Assembly (NCBI GenBank): GCA_020632095.1
Contig: JACKGF010000001.1
Span: 6,549 to 70,548 of the forward strand
From: Candidatus Nomurabacteria bacterium
GTDB lineage: Bacteria; Patescibacteriota; Minisyncoccia; Phycocordibacterales; UBA918
DNA: 64,000 nucleotides
Direction: 5' to 3'
The translations under genes and the position numbers were made by a program. Under the pieces are notes generated by a model. The model was not told where the DNA came from, made no database searches, and saw only the letters and a list, made by a program, of their open reading frames with translations. Positions within the stretch are counted from its first letter, which is position 1, and every line of letters starts with the position of its first letter. Positions 17,895 through 25,968 of the stretch are shown here, one piece after another.

Positions 17895-19166
17895 ATGAAT
17901 CAACCTGCTGTTTTTGATGAAGACTTGAGTTCATCCTTACGTAGGGTTGTTTCATATTTTGATGAAGACGAGTGGTTGTTGGACAATTTAAAAATTAAGT
18001 ATGAAGAAAAGGAACAGTTTTTGAACAATGAAATAGAAAACCCACAATTTAAATATAGACAACTCACACCTCATGTTGATTACACTCTAAGGCTTGATGA
18101 GTTTTACTACTGCATGAATCAATCACAGGCTCCATCGGTGGTGCTTGATCTGTATAGTCGTAAACTAGAGAAGCAGTTGTTGAGGAATGCTCTAATCGCT
18201 GCCTCGATTAGTAAGGATGATGAGTCTTTCTTTAGGGCTAGTTGTAGTCTTTATGGTAAGCCAAAGAAGAAGTATTTTTCTTACGTGGCTAAGAGATTAT
18301 TGATGCTCTGTGAGAGTAAAGGAGAGACTCATAAAGGTAGTGTTAGACGTTTGAAAAAGGTGGCTTCAAAAATTAATCATACACAAGTAGACATTGACGT
18401 GACAATGTTACCATCACCGATTACTACAGGTAGACAAATCAAATCGGTTAAAGAAGTAGAGAATATATTCAAGTCCACGCTTGAGCGCTGTGAAATTGTA
18501 GATTGGTCAGTTCAGGTGGATGAAACAAATACCAGAACTATTTTTGCTGTTAATCCACAGAAAAAGACTATATTTGTGCCGAGTGAGGAAAAGATATTTT
18601 CTAGACCTAAAGTTATGACAGATGTGGCTGTTCAGGCGTTGGCTGAACATGAAGTTGGTGTTCATGCTCGTCGCTATTTTGAGGCACAGAAGGGGCCATT
18701 AAAGATATTAGAAATTGGTCTAGATAGTTATTTGGCTGGTGAAGAAGGTTTGGCTAGTTATGTGCAACAGCAGATTGAAGGTTCTGATGAATTTTATGGT
18801 TTTGACCGATATTTGGCTGCTTGCTTGGCGGTGGGGATGGATGGTGAGGTGAGAGATTTTCGAGCGGTTTTTAGTTTGATGTTGGACTATTATACATTGG
18901 TTTTGGATGATAAAGATACAGATAAAATTGCAACTTATAATGCTGCTTGGGATGTCTGTGTAAGAATTTTTAGAGGGACTACAGGGCAGTCTGCGGGTTT
19001 AATATTTACTAAAGATATTGTCTACATGGAGGGGAATATTGGTATATGGAATTTGTTATCAGAAAAGCCACAAGTATTTGAGTCTTTATTCGTCGGGAAA
19101 TATAATCCACTTTTGTCAAGGCATGTCCAGACTTTACAAACGCTTGAAATTCTGGAACAGTGGTAG
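17895..19166 (+). CDS. DUF1704/MATCAP-like putative metallocarboxypeptidase (HExxxH + EEGLA motifs)
   Basis: AEHEVGVHARRYFEAQKGPLKILEIGLDSYLAGEEGLASYVQ carries an HExxxH motif followed by a QEGLA-like EEGLA motif. These are characteristic of the DUF1704 (TIGR02421 QEGLA-motif protein) family, which is homologous to the eukaryotic tubulin detyrosinase MATCAP. Assigned by recall of the motifs, not by search. Confidence 0.55.
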   Translation: MNQPAVFDEDLSSSLRRVVSYFDEDEWLLDNLKIKYEEKEQFLNNEIENPQFKYRQLTPHVDYTLRLDEFYYCMNQSQAPSVVLDLYSRKLEKQLLRNALIAASISKDDESFFRASCSLYGKPKKKYFSYVAKRLLMLCESKGETHKGSVRRLKKVASKINHTQVDIDVTMLPSPITTGRQIKSVKEVENIFKSTLERCEIVDWSVQVDETNTRTIFAVNPQKKTIFVPSEEKIFSRPKVMTDVAVQALAEHEVGVHARRYFEAQKGPLKILEIGLDSYLAGEEGLASYVQQQIEGSDEFYGFDRYLAACLAVGMDGEVRDFRAVFSLMLDYYTLVLDDKDTDKIATYNAAWDVCVRIFRGTTGQSAGLIFTKDIVYMEGNIGIWNLLSEKPQVFESLFVGKYNPLLSRHVQTLQTLEILEQW

Positions 19167-19167
19167 T

Positions 19168-20112
19168 ATGAAAAAAACATATTCAACAATTGTTACAATT
19201 GGTATTTTTGTGGCCTTACTGGTTTTGCCGTCATTTTCCTTTGCTCAGACGCCGGTTGGTCAGTTTGGTTTCAAAAATGATACCGCTCCAACCACGACCG
19301 AAGAACAGCCAGCATCCTCGACCGCAGTAACCGCTTCAACCACAGCTGCCAATATTATTAGCCAACAAGAAATATCGGCTCCCTCAAATGACCTTACACG
19401 GCCAGAGCAACTGCCAGAAAAAGTAGCGATTATTACTCTCTTTCAAGACCGTCCGGTCACTGAGTACAGTATTATCAATACAATGGCTTACTGGGTGCAG
19501 GAGTCAGTGCGCGATGGTGTACCAGCTAACACAATCTTTTTGATCTTACTTACACCATTGCTTGGTTTTTTGGTGAGTTTTGTACGGGTAGTGATTGGTT
19601 TGCCTACCTTGGACATGTTGGTACCAATCGCGTTAGCTTTTGCCTTTGTGGCGGTAGGAATCAACGTTGGTCTATTGGTGTTGGGAGCAATTTTGATAGC
19701 TTCATATATTTCAAAGAAATCATTGTCAAAGTTCAAGATTATGTTCTACCCGAAGCGTTCATTATCCATGGTTTTGTTAGCAATATCAGTTTTTGCAGCG
19801 CTTACTATAGGAGTCGGTCTCCATTTTGATCGTATTTTGAGTGTCTCTATTTTCCCGATTTTGGTGTTGATGTTACTTGGCGATATGATCGTGTCGGTAC
19901 AACTACACAAAAGTTCATTTGAAACTTTTGTCATTACTGGTACTACAATTGCGATTGGTTTGATTGGTTACTTTATGGCGACTAGTAATGCTATTCAAGG
20001 TACAGTAATTCTGTATCCGGAAATAATCCTGCTGGTTATTCCAGCTAATCTAGCTATTGGGCGATACTTTGGTTTGAGAATTCTCGAGTTGTTTCGCTTT
20101 AACAAAATCTAA
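19168..20112 (+). CDS. secreted-N-terminus 7-TM membrane protein (7TM_transglut-like, without the transglutaminase domain)
   Basis: ATG at 19168 lies 2 nt after the upstream stop (MKKTYSTIVTIGIFVALLVLPSFSFA signal). A Thr/Ala-rich low-complexity linker is followed by 7 predicted TM helices. Its position between a QEGLA-family gene and a RimK-related ATP-grasp gene mirrors the known 7TM-transglutaminase neighbourhood. Confidence 0.5.
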   Translation: MKKTYSTIVTIGIFVALLVLPSFSFAQTPVGQFGFKNDTAPTTTEEQPASSTAVTASTTAANIISQQEISAPSNDLTRPEQLPEKVAIITLFQDRPVTEYSIINTMAYWVQESVRDGVPANTIFLILLTPLLGFLVSFVRVVIGLPTLDMLVPIALAFAFVAVGINVGLLVLGAILIASYISKKSLSKFKIMFYPKRSLSMVLLAISVFAALTIGVGLHFDRILSVSIFPILVLMLLGDMIVSVQLHKSSFETFVITGTTIAIGLIGYFMATSNAIQGTVILYPEIILLVIPANLAIGRYFGLRILELFRFNKI

Positions 20113-20136
20113 ACTTACTAAATTAATCAATCTATT

Positions 20137-21429
20137 ATGGCAGTAAGTAATTCACTGTTAGGGATGAATGCTCGCAATTATCTCTATATTCAAAAGTTTA
20201 ATTCTAAACGAAATAAGCAAGTAGCTGATGACAAGTTGTTGACTAAAGAGCGGTTGTTGAAATTTGGTGTTCCAACTAATTCTTTTTTGGCAAAATTTTC
20301 TTCTCTACACGACGTTCGTGAATTTGACTGGAAATCACTCCCAACTGATTTTGCGATTAAACCTTCTCATGGTTATGGTGGTAGAGGAATATTTGTGGTG
20401 CGTAAGTGGGACGGAGAAAAAGGTTCGGCCGGGAAAGGTAAGCCAGTTGATATCCTTGAGTTGGAGCGAGTGATTTTTGGTGCGCTTGATGGTGAGCACT
20501 CACTTAACAATCTACCGGATACGGTTTTTATTGAAGAAAGAATTCGTTCTCATTCTTTTTTTAAAAAGTATATCCCTAAAGGGGTGCCAGATATTCGGTT
20601 AATTGTTTGTAATATGGTACCAGTGATGGCGATGATGCGTTTGCCAACGATATACTCAGAAGGAAAAGCCAACTTGCATATGGGTGCATTGGGGGTTGGA
20701 ATTGATCTTCGGACTGGAATTACTACTTCGGCGGTATTGAATAATAAACAGGTCTCAGTTATTCCAGGCGGAAAGATTAAAGTGCACGGTATAAGAATTC
20801 CAGATTGGGATAAAATTATGGAAATCGCTGTCCAAGCGCAACAATGTTCAAAACTTGGTTTTGCTGGGATTGATATTGTCTTAGATGAAAAATTAGGCCC
20901 CTTAGTATTGGAGGTTAATGCTAGACCTGGTTTAGGAATTCAGATTGCTAATCAAGCTTCGTTGCGAACCCGTCTAGAAAGAATTGCTGATTTGAAGGTC
21001 CAGACAGTTAGTCGGGGGGTTGAATTGGCGAAAAAGTTGTTTGCTGAAGAGTCACTAGAGGAAGTGAGTGAACAACAATCTACTTTGCTAGGTGTAATTG
21101 AAAAAATTACTATATTTGGAAATGATAAAAATAAGACAGTCAGAGCCAAGGTAGATACTGGTGCTTATCGAACTTCAATTGATAGTGATTTAGTAGAAGA
21201 ATTAGACTTGGACTCACATCATAAATTGATTCAGGTGCGTTCAGGTAGTGGAAGACAAAAAAGGCGTACAGTTAAATTGCGCTTTAAAATGAAAGGTAAG
21301 GAAATAGAGACAATTGCTACGTACACACCACGCGGCCACTTGCGTTTCCCTGTAATTATTGGTCGAAAGGACATGGGAGGATTTTTGGTTGATCCTAAAA
21401 GTATTCCGGAAGGGGTTTTGGTTAAGTAG
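20137..21429 (+). CDS. RimK-related ATP-grasp ligase (alpha-L-glutamate-ligase-like) fused to a C-terminal retropepsin-like aspartyl protease domain
   Basis: The N-terminus LLGMNARNYLYIQKFNSKRNKQVADDKLLTKERLLKFGVPT matches the TIGR02291 rimK-related ligase family, and ATP-grasp blocks are present (EVNARPGLG). The C-terminal 120 aa carry KVDTGAYRTSIDSDL...GRKDMGGFLVDP, a DTGA aspartyl-protease signature of the RimK-associated Zn_protease/retropepsin-like family. Confidence 0.7.
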   Translation: MAVSNSLLGMNARNYLYIQKFNSKRNKQVADDKLLTKERLLKFGVPTNSFLAKFSSLHDVREFDWKSLPTDFAIKPSHGYGGRGIFVVRKWDGEKGSAGKGKPVDILELERVIFGALDGEHSLNNLPDTVFIEERIRSHSFFKKYIPKGVPDIRLIVCNMVPVMAMMRLPTIYSEGKANLHMGALGVGIDLRTGITTSAVLNNKQVSVIPGGKIKVHGIRIPDWDKIMEIAVQAQQCSKLGFAGIDIVLDEKLGPLVLEVNARPGLGIQIANQASLRTRLERIADLKVQTVSRGVELAKKLFAEESLEEVSEQQSTLLGVIEKITIFGNDKNKTVRAKVDTGAYRTSIDSDLVEELDLDSHHKLIQVRSGSGRQKRRTVKLRFKMKGKEIETIATYTPRGHLRFPVIIGRKDMGGFLVDPKSIPEGVLVK

Positions 21430-21620
21430 TTAAGAACCTGTCCACACCTTTCCTCGGGGTCCCCAAGGGGCTAAAAACATGAGCTAAAATTGGGTAGGTA
21501 GTGGAAACAAACTTTAATTCGTTGAAGAAACATAAGTAATTTGTAGCCAAATTTTTAGACAATTACCTCGAATAAGTATTTTGTTATATTCCGTTTTGAG
21601 ATTGTGTAATAGTTGTGCAG

Positions 21621-21649
21621 AAAAGTGGCGAGCTTTGCTCGCCACTTTT
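21621..21649 (+). terminator. terminator-like hairpin downstream of the ATP-grasp gene
   Basis: AAAAGTGGCGAGC-ttt-GCTCGCCACTTTT followed by a T-rich stretch. It lies inside the N-terminal extension of the track ORF 21613. Confidence 0.5.
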
Positions 21650-21663
21650 GTTATTATAATGAC

Positions 21664-22473
21664 ATGTTTCGTACTAGGGATTTTATTCTTATTTTTGTCG
21701 CAGTAGTTTTCTTGGTGATGGCAATTGGTGCTACTTTATTAAGTCGGACTAATTTTTTTAAAGCTGGTTCGGAGGTAGTTATGATTACTGATAATGATGA
21801 TATAGAGTATGGGGCGACAGAGGTTATTCCAGAGAAAATTTCTCGAGCAGATCATTTGGCTTCGATGCGTGAGAAGATCGCTGCTGGTAAAGGAATAAGT
21901 ATATCGGCAGCAACTGAACCAATTATTGTTGAAGGTGAGAAAGAAGTAAGTGGTGAGGAAGATGAGAGTGTAGAGGAACAGGAAAAAGAAGTAGATGAAA
22001 TGCTTTGTGCTAGTTATACTAAATATAAGGGTGCATGGTCACCGTTTGGTCTCCAGACTGAAGTAACTGAAGGAGCCAGGGTTTTTTTCTTCGAGACAAT
22101 AGCTGGTTATGAGGTGACGGAGGCTACTTCGTCTGCTGATAGGGTGATGGCTCAGCCTATGAAAAAAGACGTAGTCTTGCAACTGCCAGTTAGATCCTTG
22201 CCAGTTGGTATGCCAACTTGTTTGTACTCTGATGTGGTTGGAATTGCTCAAGACGGATCTTTGATACGCAATAATGAGGTTGGTTTGTATTCAGTCTTTG
22301 GCTCCGACACTTTGATTGGTTATGCTTTCGATGGTTTTCCGATTTATGGAAAAGTTAAGGAGTCTGGTGATAAGTGTGGCGGGTCAGTAGTAAATGGTCA
22401 ATATCGTTATTCTTTGTCAGATCAGCGCGAGTTTATCTTAAATTGTTTTTCTGCCCCACCAGTTAGAATGTAA
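21664..22473 (+). CDS. hypothetical membrane-anchored acidic protein
   Basis: Start moved to ATG 21664 (MFRTRDFILIFVAVVFLV, a TM anchor) because the upstream part of the track ORF overlaps a terminator hairpin. There is an acidic E-rich linker. No known domain. Confidence 0.5.
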   Translation: MFRTRDFILIFVAVVFLVMAIGATLLSRTNFFKAGSEVVMITDNDDIEYGATEVIPEKISRADHLASMREKIAAGKGISISAATEPIIVEGEKEVSGEEDESVEEQEKEVDEMLCASYTKYKGAWSPFGLQTEVTEGARVFFFETIAGYEVTEATSSADRVMAQPMKKDVVLQLPVRSLPVGMPTCLYSDVVGIAQDGSLIRNNEVGLYSVFGSDTLIGYAFDGFPIYGKVKESGDKCGGSVVNGQYRYSLSDQREFILNCFSAPPVRM

Positions 22474-22480
22474 AATTTGT

Positions 22481-23212
22481 ATGTCTACGCTGATTTTAGA
22501 TATTGAAACAGTCGGGCATAAGTGGGAAGATATTGACGAGATTACTAGAGAGTCATTGACTAAACAAATTAGTGGTGTTGATTCAAAGAAAGAAAAAGAG
22601 TCTAAATTACTTGATGTAAAGAATCGCCTGGCCTTGTTTCCTTTTACAGGATCGATTGTGTCACTAGCTATTTATGATTTGGAGCGCTCGCTCGGCGCAG
22701 TTTATTACGTGTCAGATACACTAGGAGAGACTTTTTCTGACGAAACTTTTACTTATAAGGAAAGAACCGAGTCTGAAATACTGGAAGATTTTTGGGAAGG
22801 AGCGCTCGAGTATGATACTTTTGTAAGTTTTAACGGGCGCAGTTTTGATATGCCATTCATTCTTCACCGGTCAGTGGTAAATGAGGTTCGGCCGACGGTA
22901 GATATTGCACAGGGCAGGTATTTGAGTAAGCAGACTATTCCTTATCACGTTGATTTACTAGATGAGTTAACTTTTTACGGAGCGATGCAAAAGCGACCGT
23001 CACTACATCAAGTATGTGTGACTTACGGGATTGAGAGTCCTAAGGCTGGTGGGGTGAGCGGGGAAGATGTCGCGGAACTTTTTCTCCAGAAAAAGTTCCG
23101 CGACATCGCCACCTACAACGCCCGCGACGTCATCGCCATCACCACCCTCTATAAAAAATGGAAAACCTACCTAGCCCCCGCCAGCTTTATTAATAGTACG
23201 GAGATGTTATAA
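22481..23212 (+). CDS. RNase-H-like 3'-5' exonuclease-fold protein (DEDD-like, PolB-exonuclease-related)
   Basis: Exo I-like ILDIETVG and Exo II-like SFNGRSFDMPFI blocks, with a C-terminal YNARDV. Confidence 0.5.
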   Translation: MSTLILDIETVGHKWEDIDEITRESLTKQISGVDSKKEKESKLLDVKNRLALFPFTGSIVSLAIYDLERSLGAVYYVSDTLGETFSDETFTYKERTESEILEDFWEGALEYDTFVSFNGRSFDMPFILHRSVVNEVRPTVDIAQGRYLSKQTIPYHVDLLDELTFYGAMQKRPSLHQVCVTYGIESPKAGGVSGEDVAELFLQKKFRDIATYNARDVIAITTLYKKWKTYLAPASFINSTEML

Positions 23213-23223
23213 AAACTTTAAAT

Positions 23224-25089
23224 TTGGTAAACTTAATAGATATGGAAAAAATACCTGTCACTGTAAATTCGTTGTATCCAGAGCGACCTTCTAGCAATAT
23301 TGCTGTCAAAGTAGAAAATTTAGAAAAGTTCGTTTCGGGTGAAGTACCTGTCTGGGAAATACCTGAAGCGGAGCGTGCCGAAATTCTAGAAATTGAGGCT
23401 GGTTTAGCAAAAGTTCTGGAAGACGTTGTTGCTATCAAAACAAAAAGCGTCTCATTTAATTTTAACTATTTACTTTCTGTCGAAGGAGGTAATGATTTTG
23501 AAGCGGTTGTAGGAGTAAAGATTCCTCCTGAGGCGCAGGATTTTGATAGTTTAAAGAATTTTTTATATACCCAAACCAGTGTACTTAATGGGAGTAACTA
23601 TAAAAAAATATTAGACTTAGCTGGTCGATCAGTTTCTTATCGGGAAGATGAAATATACCAATCTATCACAAGCTCAATGTCCGAGGACGGAAATGTTGAT
23701 ACAAGCAATATCCCGTCAAGCGATTCTGTGAACATAAGATTGACTCCAGAACTTGATTATGGAAAGTCAACTCTCCTTAGGCAGCTGAAAGCAGATATAA
23801 AACAACAACGTGAACAACTTGCCTCCTCTGATCAGGGAGAAACTTATAAAGCATTTCTAGATGGTATTTTTGACTTATACCAAAGAAAAGTAAACGAGAT
23901 GATTGCAGAAAGTTCAACCGTATTTCTAAGTTTGGCAAAAAAAGCTGATTTTGTAGGAGAGGAATCTTTAACCGAAGACGAAAAGAAAGCTTATGATGAG
24001 GATACTATCGGAAGTAATGTGTCGGCAAACCTAAGTCGTTATGACAAATTTTTATTTGGTGCAGATACTGATTATGCCGATGACGGTTGGAAAAAACAAA
24101 TATCTGCGGAACTCATTGAGTACGCAGATGAACAGGAAAGAAAAATAATTGCAGAGAGCCAAGAAAAGAGTGCTGGCATCGCCGAGAAGGGTCTTGATGA
24201 GGATAAGTTGTTTGCTTTAACCATCGAACCAGCCGAGATAGGCAGTCTCTGTGAAGAGGCCCTAGCCCATTATGATTTATTGAGTGCTGTTCCTCCTTCT
24301 GAATATGTCGCCAACCGACCGGGGCCAGCGGAGGACAATAAATGGCAAGTAATCGTTAGTGATTCCTTCAAGTCACTTAGTGTAAACGGGACTCAAAAAG
24401 TTATAAAATGCCCAAATAAGCCTCAGTCAGTAGATAAGTTAATCAGTGTATCAATCGGTCACGAAATCGAGGGACACGCTATTCAACATAATAATCTCTC
24501 GAAAATACCACTTAAGTTATTTGAAAAGGTGGGCACAGACCGCTCATCAATTTTTGCGGAAGCTGGTGCTATGAGTAATCAAGATTATGTGACAAAAAGC
24601 GCTTTTGGTTATAGCTCTAGTCCCCATCCGAACTACATCAGGGCAATGGCGACTAAGCTTGAAGGAGGGGATTACTCAGATTGTTTGAAAGCCTTTTATG
24701 AAAGTGCCACCAAACCCCATCAAGCACAGCTAGAAGGTGGTCTAATTGATCAAGAAAAATTCAAAAAACTTTGTGAGAAAGATCTTAAGATTGCAATTAA
24801 TCGAACCGGAAGATTGTTCAGAGGTGGCATGAGTCGGTCTGACACATCAGGCTTCATAGCTGAAAGTAAGGCTACTGTTTATGTGGAGCAAACCAAGCTG
24901 GCGGCTGAGTTGAAAGAAAGAGGTTTAGAGAAGTTTTTGTATCTAACTAGAGTTAACTTTTCCTCTATCGAGTTCCTATTGCGAGCCGGATTAATAAATC
25001 TAGACGATATTCAAACCCCAGATTTTTACTGTCTGAAAATATGGGACAGAATTAAGTCAAGATACGAAAAGGAGCCAGTAGCAGATTAG
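23224..25089 (+). CDS. diverged DUF1704/MATCAP-like paralog with a 390-aa acidic N-terminal extension
   Basis: The C-terminal region GHEIEGHAIQHNNLSKIPLKLFEKVGTDRSSIFAEAGAMSNQ aligns position-for-position with HEVGVHARRYFEAQKGPLKILEIGLDSYLAGEEGLASYVQ of the 17895 gene (HExxxHA, PLK(I/L), xAxEGxA). Confidence 0.45.
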   Translation: MVNLIDMEKIPVTVNSLYPERPSSNIAVKVENLEKFVSGEVPVWEIPEAERAEILEIEAGLAKVLEDVVAIKTKSVSFNFNYLLSVEGGNDFEAVVGVKIPPEAQDFDSLKNFLYTQTSVLNGSNYKKILDLAGRSVSYREDEIYQSITSSMSEDGNVDTSNIPSSDSVNIRLTPELDYGKSTLLRQLKADIKQQREQLASSDQGETYKAFLDGIFDLYQRKVNEMIAESSTVFLSLAKKADFVGEESLTEDEKKAYDEDTIGSNVSANLSRYDKFLFGADTDYADDGWKKQISAELIEYADEQERKIIAESQEKSAGIAEKGLDEDKLFALTIEPAEIGSLCEEALAHYDLLSAVPPSEYVANRPGPAEDNKWQVIVSDSFKSLSVNGTQKVIKCPNKPQSVDKLISVSIGHEIEGHAIQHNNLSKIPLKLFEKVGTDRSSIFAEAGAMSNQDYVTKSAFGYSSSPHPNYIRAMATKLEGGDYSDCLKAFYESATKPHQAQLEGGLIDQEKFKKLCEKDLKIAINRTGRLFRGGMSRSDTSGFIAESKATVYVEQTKLAAELKERGLEKFLYLTRVNFSSIEFLLRAGLINLDDIQTPDFYCLKIWDRIKSRYEKEPVAD

Positions 25090-25104
25090 AATTAGCTATG
25101 ATGA

Positions 25105-25938
25105 TTGATTATTATGAACAACATGGAAATTCATCTTGCGATACCTTCATATAACAATGCTACCGGTTTGAAAAAGCTGCTGCCACAGGCTGTGCTTCAA
25201 GATTTTGCATCTATTACTGTGCTGGATGATGGTTCTACAGACGACACGTCGAAGGTTGTTGAAATGTTCAGTGGTGTCAAATACATTAAATCAAATGAAA
25301 ATCATGGTTCGGTAGCGGCGAAAAATCTAATCTTGAAGCAACTACCTCAGAACGGTTGGTTGCTTTTCATAGATTCTGATATGGAAATAATTACAGATGA
25401 TATACCCGCTAAATTGCAGGACTTTTCCCAAAGACATACAGAGGCTGGGGCTGGCGTTCGTCTAATAAAAACTCATGACGGAAGTCCCATGCGCTTTAAT
25501 AAAGGATTCGATCTTAATCCATTAAGAATGGTATTGGCGATGGTTTTTTACGCAATTATGTATATTCTGCCTAGTAACTTCGCCTTAAGAGAGTTTGTTA
25601 GAAAATTGTCGTCTCCCTTTTCTATGGATTTTCACACTATTAAGGAGGAGAAAGTTGATTGGGCAGTTGAAGGATTCTTTTTTGTTAAGGTAAGTTTATT
25701 CAAAAAATTTGGAGGGTACGATTCTAGATTTATCCGAAATCATGAAGGTCCCGATTTATGTTTAAGATTAAGGCAGGCTGGACACCAAATTTGGTTTTTT
25801 CCAGGAATTATAATCCAAGATCACGACCAACATAGTCATAGTAATTTTTATCGCCGTTATCATTGGTGGCGTTCGCTTATAATCTATTATTATAAAAATC
25901 CTAGCAGATTATTAATTTGGCATTGGCCGAATCCGTAG
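25105..25938 (+). CDS. family-2 glycosyltransferase
   Basis: GT-A fold blocks: AIPSYNNATGL, VLDDGSTDDT and DSD (the DxD motif). Confidence 0.75.
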   Translation: MIIMNNMEIHLAIPSYNNATGLKKLLPQAVLQDFASITVLDDGSTDDTSKVVEMFSGVKYIKSNENHGSVAAKNLILKQLPQNGWLLFIDSDMEIITDDIPAKLQDFSQRHTEAGAGVRLIKTHDGSPMRFNKGFDLNPLRMVLAMVFYAIMYILPSNFALREFVRKLSSPFSMDFHTIKEEKVDWAVEGFFFVKVSLFKKFGGYDSRFIRNHEGPDLCLRLRQAGHQIWFFPGIIIQDHDQHSHSNFYRRYHWWRSLIIYYYKNPSRLLIWHWPNP

Positions 25939-25968
25939 TTATTAGTTAACTAGCTTGTCTGATATAGT

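Noticed and set aside
19018-19167. Upstream 50-codon extension of the 7-TM ORF in the six-frame track
   Set aside because: This portion overlaps the 3' end of the preceding gene in another frame. A canonical ATG with a signal peptide (MKKTYSTIV...) sits 2 nt after the upstream stop at 19168.
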